19,183 nt of DNA from Macrostomum lignano. Lineage: Eukaryota. Below the pieces are notes generated by a model. That model was given only the letters and a program-made list of their open reading frames with translations. It did not search any database and was not told the DNA's origin. Positions within the stretch are counted from its first letter, which is position 1. Each line of letters begins with the position of its first letter. A program made the position numbers and the translations under genes. The DNA lies in assembly GCA_002269645.1 (NCBI GenBank), contig NIVC01000752.1, positions 1-19,183 of the forward strand. Reading direction: 5' to 3'. Of the stretch, positions 10,805 to 19,183 are shown piece by piece.

Positions 10805-12352
10805 TTATGGTGGGCGTCTTGCGCGCACGCGCTCGCAGAAGAGACGAGAAGGACAGTTTGTGGCAGATTGTGGGGTCAGGTTAATGGCTTGAAGGTCAGA
10901 CTCAAGCGTGGCGGTCAGCGTGGCGGTCCGGCCTTGGCCCCGTCGGAGACGCTCGGTTGGCTGATGTAGCAAGGTTAGCGCCAGCGGGTTTTGCTCCCCT
11001 CTGCCGTAGCTGCGGAGGCAGTGGCCGACGAGCATTAGCCGGCGCCGCTGGAGAGTGGCACTGAGCTGAGGCACACGGGCTCTCGCCATCAGCAGGTCCG
11101 TCGGCAGCCGCTCTGGGTAATGGATGCCAAGGGCGAACCGCAGCAGCGATCGGTAGGCAGCGTCCAGGGCTCGGGACCTCGAGTCGGTCATTGGCACTGC
11201 CTCCAGTCCGTACAGGAAGATTGGCTCTACGGCAGCGCGGAACAGGCGCATCTTCAGGTCGTCGTTGGCAGCTGAGCTGAAGACCTCCCTGAGGAGATGA
11301 GCCGCGCGCCAGGCCTGTGACCTCCGGTCGGCGATGATGGAGTCAGGGCTCATCACGAAGGAGCCCAGGTACCGGAAGTCTCTGCAGGCTGAAATGACTT
11401 GTCCATCTGGTAGGGTCAGGATTGGTGCTGCATCGGTGCCCACGTGCAGCACTTCCGTCTTGCGTGCGTTGATTTGCAGTCCGACTCGGGCGCTCTCCTC
11501 ATAGAGTCTCGAGAGCGCTCTCTGGGCGGCAGTCGGGCTGCGGCACAGCAGGGCGATGTCGTCGGCGTACGCGAGGGCGGGCAAAGGGGCAGCACCGCGG
11601 CGGGAGCTCCGGCGTGACGCCAGCAGGTAGCTGTCCTCCTCTGTGAGGCTTCGGCGCAGCACGTAGTCGACGACAAGGATGAAGAGCAGTGGAGCCAACG
11701 TGTCACCTTGGAGGACTCCAGAGCTGGTGCAGAAGTCCTCAGTTGGGCCATCGCTGGTTTGGACAAAGGCTTTGCTGTTGTTGTAGAGGTCCATCACTGC
11801 AACGATAAGAGCCGGAGGGACGCCATAGTGTTCGAGCAGCCACGCGATCGCGCGCCGGCACACTGAGTCAAAAGCTTTGCGGAAGTCCACAAAGACAATT
11901 GACACAGCTCTTTGGTGAGTTTTACAGGCCTCGACGACTGCTCGAAGGGCTGCAATCTGCTCTGTTGTCGAGCGACCGGGCCTGAAGCCACTTTGGAGGC
12001 TCAGGATCATTTGGTTGAGGCCAGGCAGCAGCCGATTACGCAGTATAGCATTGAGCAGCTTAGCCAGAGTGCATTCCAGAGCGATGCCGCGTTGGTTGTC
12101 CAGACTGGTGGATGCGCCCTTCTTGGGGATGGAGACGATCTTAGAGGTGCGCCAGCTGTCAGCAGCAGTAGCACCTGGGTTGCCTCCAAGCGGACAGTGC
12201 TTGTTGAGCACAGCTGTGATGTCCTGTGTCAGCTCTGGCAGCTTGAGCACCCTGGGTGGAATGCCATCTACTCCGGCGGCAGCGTCGGGGCGCATGGTTC
12301 TGAGCACTCGGTTCACCTCGTAGGCAGTCAGCGGGCCGGAGTTAAAAGCGAG
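10805..12352 (-). CDS. Reverse transcriptase portion of the retroelement ORF (uninterrupted, about 515 codons)
   Basis: The ORF-track 503-aa frame extends upstream to AFNSGPLTAYEVNRVLR at a frameshift near 12352. Confidence 0.9.
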   Translation of the reverse strand, partial: LAFNSGPLTAYEVNRVLRTMRPDAAAGVDGIPPRVLKLPELTQDITAVLNKHCPLGGNPGATAADSWRTSKIVSIPKKGASTSLDNQRGIALECTLAKLLNAILRNRLLPGLNQMILSLQSGFRPGRSTTEQIAALRAVVEACKTHQRAVSIVFVDFRKAFDSVCRRAIAWLLEHYGVPPALIVAVMDLYNNSKAFVQTSDGPTEDFCTSSGVLQGDTLAPLLFILVVDYVLRRSLTEEDSYLLASRRSSRRGAAPLPALAYADDIALLCRSPTAAQRALSRLYEESARVGLQINARKTEVLHVGTDAAPILTLPDGQVISACRDFRYLGSFVMSPDSIIADRRSQAWRAAHLLREVFSSAANDDLKMRLFRAAVEPIFLYGLEAVPMTDSRSRALDAAYRSLLRFALGIHYPERLPTDLLMARARVPQLSATLQRRRLMLVGHCLRSYGRGEQNPLALTLLHQPTERLRRGQGRTATLTATLESDLQAINLTPQSATNCPSRLFCERVRARRPP

Positions 12353-13342
12353 GGCTCGGCCGGGGTAAAGTTTTCGATCGGTAGCAAATCAGCAGAGGGT
12401 GGTGAGGCGTTGAGCACATTGTGATAGTGAGTGGCCAGCAGGGCTTTGCGATGGTGTATAGACTCAGCACCTACAGCGGCATTGGGCCTCTGCTTCCTGC
12501 CAGTCAGGCGGTTGATGGCGCGCCAGGCCGCTGTGTGCCGGCAGTTGTCTGTTGCTAGTTGAATCTCAGCAACAGCCTCCTGGACAAAGGCTTCGGTCCT
12601 CCGGGCATGCGTGTCGCGAAGATGGGCCCGGGCTGTTTCAGCCTGCTCACTGTCTTGGCCAAAGACTGCGGTTGTTCTTTGCACGTCGCGCCTAGCGATG
12701 GAGATCTCCTCGTCGGAGTCCCAGGCGGCTTTTGGCTGGTGCGGTGTTCGTTTTGGTAGGGTCGAGGCAGCTTTCTCAACAGCTCTGGTGAAGGCGTCCG
12801 CCGATTCATTCAGGGCCGGAGTAGCATTTTGCAGTTTTTCCATGAACGCACTGCAAGTGTGTCTGGGTTTCTCAGATCTGCCCAGAGGGGGTGCGGTGGG
12901 CCAGCCTTGAACTTTTTCCAACGGCAGTCGATGTCGCAGGCCAGCAGAGAATGGTCGGACCTCACGCAGCTGGGGCGGATATTGACCACTTTGCGCAGTC
13001 GAGACCTGATTGCCGTTGGTCACAAAATCCAGTCCAGCCTGGTGGTCCGTCCATTTGGGCCGAAGAAGGTGGGTAGCTTGTTGTACCGCTGCCGCATGAC
13101 ACCATTGGCTGCAATCAGGTCTTGAGAGTGAATGAAAGTTGACAGGTAGTCCGAGTTGGTGTTGGTGGAGCCGCAGTTGTTCTTCACTAGACGGCCGTCA
13201 GGGGACAGTGGCGCGTTGAAGTCTCCAGCCACAAAAAGCAGGTCGCGATCAGGGACCGAGTTGAAAAGTGATCCCAGGTGGTCATACATTGACTCAGTCT
13301 CGGTAGGATCAGCAGCTGTGCGAGGGGCTGTGGGGGCGTGGG
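12353..13342 (-). pseudogene. Disrupted C-terminal half of the APE endonuclease plus linker of the retroelement ORF
   Basis: In-frame TGA at 13020-13022 (LDWIL*PTAIR...VRSDHSLL continues in the same frame). Frameshifts near 12858 and 12352. Confidence 0.85.
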
Positions 13343-13352
13343 GACACAGACA
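13343..13352. repeat. Target-site duplication, right copy (GACACAGACA), at the 5' truncation point
   Basis: Identical to 10771-10780. Recognisable APE similarity (HAPT) starts immediately inside it. Confidence 0.8.
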
Positions 13353-13984
13353 GGCAAACAGAATGGCAATAATCGGCGCAAATAACTTAAAACATTTTGA
13401 AAGCTGATTATGTGATGCACTGGACACGTGATCGCAAATTTTGGCATGCTTTGACTCGTACCCCGAAGCAATAAATCAAACTTCTGTATCCGGATATTGA
13501 AGCTGACAATGGCTCGGTGGATTCTCTCTGCGGATTTTTGCCATTGTTTTCGAACCGAGTGACCACGCACATGGTCGCATGACATCCGTGAAGGTTATGA
13601 AACATTAAATTATGTGTGTGGCGACTATCCAGGGACTAGAGAGTGTCCGTCCCCCCGATTTGCCACTTTGTCTGATTGCTCTGGACTGACAACTGTGTCT
13701 CTGGGCGCTGAGCACTGTAGCTCACCGATGAAAGGCAGCATAGACTGTTTGTAATTAGCTGCGTGAATCTGCGTGACTGTCCAATTAAAATAGGTCACTT
13801 TTTCATATTTTTCTACTGTCAGTAGTTGAAAATAAAATCGTTTTTTATGTCTATCATTTAAATTAAGTATTGGTGAACTTGTGTAAAAAGTTGTGCAAAG
13901 CATTAAATTCCTTGCAAAGAAGTGAGCTTATAACGAATTGATATGGTAGTGAGATTAAACAGACTTTGTTTTTGACAGATTAGC

Positions 13985-14280
13985 TATTCGAGAGATAGGA
14001 GACTGGAGAGATTTGATATCCGGGAGATTAGAGATTACAGAGATAGGAGATTAGAGGGATTAGATACTACAGGGATTAAATAGTACAGAGATTAGATATT
14101 ACAGAGGTTAGAGCCTAGTAGAGAGACAGGAGATTAGATATTCGAAAGATAAAAGATAAGAGAGATTGTAACGATTAAATTAGAAAGATTAGAGAGACTG
14201 GAGATAAGAAAAAATATTATTTAGAAACCTTGAGATTCAAAATCATTGTTTGAGATTGGAGATATTAGATCTGAGATGAG
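13985..14280. repeat. Degenerate GAGATTAGA-rich purine tract
   Basis: Many GAGATTAGA / AGATTAGATA / GGAGAT variants, resembling 6480-6932. Confidence 0.7.
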
Positions 14281-14760
14281 ACGTGACAAGATAGCGTTTG
14301 AGCAGCTTCCAAGCAGACTATCAACTGCTACCATAGCAACTAGTTTTGTTTCTTCTGAAACAGGGCAAAAGTTGCTCAGCTATAAAAATTGCGTTATTTA
14401 TGCTGTCAGCAAAATGATGAAAGTTTCCTCCCGGCCGGGGGCGCAGCATCCAAGCGGCGCCGGACGCAGGCAAAACCGGCGACTTGCTGAGCCGCTTTTA
14501 TGCAAATTTTTCGGGGCGCAGCTTCGAGTGGAAATCGAGTCGAACTGGCTGATCCACGGGGCTGTGTCGGTGGTATCTATTCTCTGTCTGAGCACTGGGG
14601 CATCTCAGCTCCCATTGCTACTTGTTGCTCAAGGCAAACTGCTCTCCCTTCGTCATCCCTTTGCCTGGCTAGATGCATCCTCATGTTCCCCGATGATCCT
14701 TCGCTAGCTTTTCTGTCCCATTTGTTTTCCTTTACCCGCCTTTCATCTCCCTTCTCTAGC

Positions 14761-15589
14761 TTCCTATACATTTCTAACCCTTCATCCTCTACATTCCTAA
14801 CCCTTCCTCTCCCTTCCTCTACATTCCTAAGCCTTCATCTCCCTTCCTCTACATTCCTAAGCCTTCATCTCCCTTCCTCTACATTCCTAAGCCTTCATCT
14901 CCCTTCCTCTACATTCCTAAGCCTCATCTCCTTTCCTCTACATTCCTAACCCTTCCTCTCCCTTCCTCTACATTCCTAAGCCTTCATCTCCCTTCCTCTA
15001 CATTCCTAACCCTTCCTCTCCCTTCCTCTACATTCCTAAGCCTTCATCTCCCTTCCTCTACATTCCTAAGCCTCATCTCCTTTCCTCTACATTCCTAAGC
15101 CTTCATCTCCCTTCCTCTACATTCCTAAGCCTCATCTCCTTTCCTCTACATTCCTAACCCTTCCTCTCCCTTCCTCTACATTCCTAAGCCTTCATCTCCT
15201 TTCCTCTACATTCCTAAGCCTTCATCCCCTTTCCTCTACATTCCTAAGCCTTCATCTCCCTTCCTCTACATTCCTAAGCCTCATCCCCTTTCCTCTACAT
15301 TCCTAAGCCTCATCCCCTTTCCTCTACATTCCTAAGCCTCATCTCCCTTCCTCTACATTCCTAACACTTCCTCTCCTTTCCTCTACATTCCTAAGCCTTC
15401 ATCTCCCTTCCTCTACATTCTTAAGCCTTCATCTCCCTTCCTCTACATTCCTAAGCCTTCATCTCCCTTCCTCTACATTCCTAACCCTTCATCTCCCTTC
15501 CTCTACATTTCTAAACCCTTCCTCTCCCTTCCTCTACATTCCTAACCCTTCATCTCCCTTCCTCTACATTCCAAAGCCTTCATCTCCCT
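14761..15589. repeat. 29/30-bp pyrimidine-rich minisatellite (CTTCATCTCCCTTCCTCTACATTCCTAAGC), about 28 copies
   Basis: 30-bp period with 29-bp single-T deletion variants. At most one G per unit. Confidence 0.97.
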
Positions 15590-16823
15590 CACGCTGAGGT
15601 AGTGTGTCTGAGTTCAGCACAATGATGCGATAGACTTGAATTGTGCAGATAATGAAGCTGTGGTGGAGCTGTCAACATCCCTTACCCGCCACCCCACCAG
15701 GAAATATAGTTGCGGAAGTGAGCGAGGCATAAAAAGTAAGTAATGAGAGCAAGTGAAAGAGAGACAGCATGATAAGTACAACATTATTAGGCCTGCGAAG
15801 CCATGACTCCAATATAACTATCCAATCAAGAGCTCTCTGATCTCCCTCACCCCATCGGGTTTTATCCTTCTAGCTTCCTCAGGAGCCAGGCAACCTGCCA
15901 GACAGGCGGCACTCGATGAATTATTAACCCGGCCCAATGATGAAGAAGAACAGCCACAGTCTCCTCGAGAGAATGATATCTGGAGTTGTGGGGGGGGCAG
16001 CAAACACTGTATTCATATACATTCCTTCGCTGTCCGTATGAATTCAAGCCAGGGTTCATTGCAAAACTTTCTCAGCTATCTCCAAGCATAAGCACGCACG
16101 CAGCCTCCCCATCTGTGCCCAGCAACTGTCCGCTCCTTTCAATCTAGGCTGGAAATCTCCATCTCTCCTTTGCCCACTTAGGCCGGGGGAGGCTGAGGGA
16201 GTGGGAGCTCAATCTGCATCTATTTCTCCCCCCCCAACCCCTTATCTCGCCCAGTCTCTCTCGCACACACCATTCTCACAGCCGTCCAAGCAAAACTCTT
16301 TTGAGCTCTCTTCATCATTCTTTCTCCTCATCCTCCTCAGCCTCCTCAGCCTCCTCCTCCTCGTCCCCCGCCGGCCTCCTCTGCTCATTACACTGGCCTT
16401 ACTGAGTACTTTTCCTGCCGCGGCGCCAGTGCAACCCCAGGCTGCCAACCTCCATCCCGTACCCATTCTGCTTCATCTACGCTGCTGGACAGGCGGGAGG
16501 TGAGCGAATCACGGGCTGGTCGCCGTGAGAGTACGCTCAACGATGAGGCTGCCGGGAGGCTGGGCCGCCGACGGAGTCCGCCCCGATCAATACGGCGCCC
16601 CAAGTTCTTCACCGCCTCATGGGAACTGCGACTGAGGCGCTTCATCTCGGCTAGCTCTCTTCTCTCGCTCACCTCCCCTCCTCCTCCGCCGGCCTTTCTC
16701 AACCCTTCTCCAATCTCCCCTCTCCCCGCCCCTTTCTTCCCAGCACTCCGCCCCGCTGCAGTTCTCCTCTCGTAGGGTTGCCCTCGTAGAAAGCGGCAAG
16801 TTTCTCTCCACGCGAGAGCCCCA

Positions 16824-16945
16824 GTAAGTTTCTCAAGGCGCCAGAACAGGAGAGCACACTGACCCGCTGAGTCGCAGATTCAAAAACGACGCGCCGAGGC
16901 CAAGCAATCGTAAAAGTGGCTCAAGCGAATTTACTTCTACCGCAG
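16824..16945 (+). other. Candidate 122-nt 5'-UTR intron of the downstream gene
   Basis: Donor GTAAGT at 16824-16829. Acceptor TTTACTTCTACCGCAG ends at 16945, 138 nt before the ATG at 17084. Confidence 0.35.
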
Positions 16946-17083
16946 CGACCGAAGCGAATTCCTGCTCTTTCGCGCCACTCCCAGCGTCCACCTCCGGATT
17001 AGAGCGAATCCTTGGCCAGCTCGCGGCGGGGAGCCCGCGCCTAGCGCCAGCTCTCCGGTCCAGCCGGCGCCGCCGAAGCCGAC

Positions 17084-19183
17084 ATGAACAAAGGATTTTT
17101 CAGCAGCCTGCCGTTCGGCCGAAGAAGAAGCAGAGGGAGGAGCCGCAGCAGCAGCAGCCGCTGGCGCAGACACCGCCGGCTCCGCAGCGACACCAGTCTG
17201 GCGGAGCGTCAACCTCAGCAGCGTCGGCGTCGTCCAGACGGGCGCCTCCTCCGCCAGCTCCGTCTCGGGGCAGCGAACCGCCCGCCGGGACGAGCCGGTG
17301 GCCTCCTACAGGCAGCAACGGTCGGCCAGCAGCCAGCCGGGGCCCAGACGGTCTGGCGACTCGCCATCCGCTGCCGAGTACGATGCGACTGAGTTCGAGT
17401 ACGGCCAGACCTACGCACACGAAGGCAACGTAGAGGGGGTCTACTACAACTACATGGCCGCAGACGACTACGGCTCGCCCTACGTGCAGAGCGAGGAGGC
17501 CTTCAAGTCCAGCACGCTGTCTCTGGAGTACACTGAGAAGGACGTCGTCATGCCCGACCGTGATCGGCGATTCTCCAGAAGGCCGGCAGCCGGACCCGGT
17601 CGATGTCGCGCGATCGGTACAGCTCGCGCAACATTAGCCGCAAATACTCAACGGGCAGTTCGCGCGGCTCGAGTCGACGCAACTCGGAGATCGACGTCGA
17701 GGTGATCAGGGCGGCTCGGGGGCCGGCGGAGACGAGGCGGCGCCTGGCCTGGCCTCAGCGGCCCAGCCTGGCCAGGTGTCCACCGAGCTCACCGAGCTGG
17801 TGCGGGACATCAGCGAGCAGTTCAACCTGGACCGGGTCGACAACGAAGACGACTGGGAGGGCGCGACGGCTGCCCCAGTCAAAGTTGGTGGCAGCGGCGG
17901 TGGCGACAGGGACAGCGAAGCCATCCAGGAGTTCTTCGCAAAGTCGTCACTGGGCGACTCGCTAGAAGGAGACGCGCCCGCCAAGGAGGAGGAGGAGGAC
18001 AAAGAGGAGCTCCGGCAGCTGGCCGCGGTGCCAACGGAGACGGCGGTGTTCGACGAGGAAGTACAAAATGCTTGCGGAGTGGCGCTGAGCGTCACAGAGT
18101 GCGAGGACCTGCCGCGGCGGAGATCATGGTGTCTGTGCACGGCAGCTACGGCGAGCTGCGGGAGGTGATCCCAGAGGAGTGTTACGTGCAGGACTCGGAC
18201 CCCGCGGCCGCCGAGGTGGCCGCAGCGATGGCGTCGGGCAATTCGCTGGGCTACGACTTTTCCTATCCGTCGGCGACGACGCCCGTGCCGCCGGAGATGC
18301 TAGACAAGCAGGATGGAGAGCAGCACCCCATTGAGTCGGCGGCGTATTCGGACGACCACTACGAGGGCTACTCAACAGATTATCAGCAGCAGTATGCGGA
18401 CTACCAGACTGAGGGCCAGCAGCAGGAGTATGCCGGCTATGAGGGCTATGAAGGCTACCCCACTGAGGGGCAGCAGCAGTACGGCTACGGGTATGAAGGC
18501 TATGAAAGCTACCCGGCTGAAGGTCAGGAAGGCTACCCGACTGAAGGTCAGGAAGGCTACCCGACTGAAGGTCTGGAAGGCTACCCGACTGAAGGTCTGG
18601 AAGGCTACCCGGCTGAAGGTCAGGAAGGCTACCCGACTGAAGGTCTGGAAGGCTACCACCCGGCTGAAGGTCAGGAAGGCTACCCGACTGAAGGTCTGGA
18701 AGGCTACCACCCGACTGAAGGTCTGGAAGGCTACCCGACTGAAGGTCAGGAAGGCTACCACCCGACTGAAGGTCAGGAAGGCTACCGCGACTGAAGGTCT
18801 GGAAGGCTACCACCCGCGACTGAAGGTCTGGAAGGCTACACCCGACTGAAGGTCAGGAAGTCTACCGGTGAAGGTCTGGAAGGCTACACCGGACTGAAGG
18901 TCAGGAAGGCTACCCGCCTGAAGGTCAGGAAGGCTACCCGGCTGAAGGTCAGGAAGGCTACCTGGCTGAAGTCAGGAAGGCTACCTGGCTGAGGTCAGGA
19001 AGGCTACCCGGCTGAAGGTCAGGAAGGCTACCGCTGGCTGGGTCCTACCCGGCTGAAGGTCAGGAGGCTACCCGGCTGAAGGTCAGGAAGGCTACCCGGC
19101 TGAAGGTCAGGAGTACTCACAGGATCAGTACCAGTACGACGCGAGCTACTACTCAGGTCAAGGCTACGAAAGTCAGTATGGCT
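17084..19183 (+). CDS. Large low-complexity, acidic, Tyr-rich repeat protein of unknown function (frameshifted in this sequence, 3'-incomplete)
   Basis: GCCGACATG start. ORF fragments in successive frames join with single-base restorations at ~17122, 17283, 17603, 17710 and 18108. Codons are GC3-rich. The frame is still open at the window end (QDQYQYDASYYSGQGYESQYG). Confidence 0.7.
18510..19113 (+). repeat. Coding 24-bp tandem repeat encoding YP(T/A)EG(Q/L)EG, about 25 copies, some with an extra His codon
   Basis: Unit TACCCG(A/G)CTGAAGGTC(A/T)GGAAGGC. The phase is broken by indels after ~18785. Confidence 0.93.

Larger units (their letters stand above)
10781..13342 (-). mobile_element. 5'-truncated RTE-clade non-LTR retrotransposon (partial APE endonuclease + reverse transcriptase)
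   Basis: APE motifs HAPT, GDFNA, RLDWIL and SDH. RT motifs IPKKG, NQRGIAL, QSGFRPGRST, VDFRKAFDSV, GVLQGDTLAPLLF, YADD, FRYLGS, FLYGLE and RRRLMLVGH. No C-terminal zinc knuckle, short (TA)n tail, 10-bp TSD. Confidence 0.93.

Noticed and set aside
13343-13427. N-terminal part of ORF 13020..13427 (MSSASHNQ...ILFACLC) as retroelement protein
   Set aside because: It lies outside the TSD-defined boundary. It is host flank that happens to be in frame with the truncated APE.
14246-14707. 153-aa ORF and ATGCAAAT octamer at 14500-14507
   Set aside because: The ORF has a non-ATG start inside a degenerate repeat and no domain. A single octamer is expected by chance.
14790-15550. CCTAACCCT as telomere-like sequence within the 30-bp array
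   Set aside because: It is only a variant in a minority of units, with no tandem CCCTAA.
16201-16503. Hydrophobic 100-aa ORF as a membrane protein
   Set aside because: The Leu/Ser run comes from a CT-rich low-complexity tract, and the start is GTG.
17084-18110. Programmed ribosomal frameshifting or RNA editing to explain the serial -1 shifts
   Set aside because: I saw no X XXY YYZ slippery heptamers at the sites. The same deletion bias in the retroelement and the noisy distal repeat point to sequence error.

Overview
Eukaryotic (animal-like) genomic window with no prokaryotic features. A repeat-rich invertebrate such as a flatworm is a guess from GC-rich poly-Ala coding DNA, GACA/GATA satellites and an RTE element. 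Contents: (1) an intronless, highly divergent class A GPCR on the minus strand (1624-2808), bracketed by oppositely oriented GACA microsatellites; (2) a dense mosaic of kb-sized micro- and minisatellites with 4/5, 31, 11, 16, 23, 4/8, 12 and 30 bp units; (3) a 5'-truncated RTE-clade non-LTR retrotransposon (10781-13342, minus) with a (TA)n tail and a perfect 10-bp target-site duplication GACACAGACA, inserted at the edge of a GACA-derived minisatellite; (4) a plus-strand gene starting at 17084 and running off the window. Its ORF-track fragments join into one >690-aa disordered, acidic protein with about 25 Tyr-containing EGQEGYP(T/A) repeats if five single-base deletions are restored. All seven mapped frameshifts outside the terminal repeat (five in this gene, two in the RTE) go in the -1 direction, which suggests sequencing or consensus error rather than biology. 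I found no convincing novel multi-gene system. The best leads are the repeat protein, the possible microsatellite-targeted RTE and the divergent GPCR.
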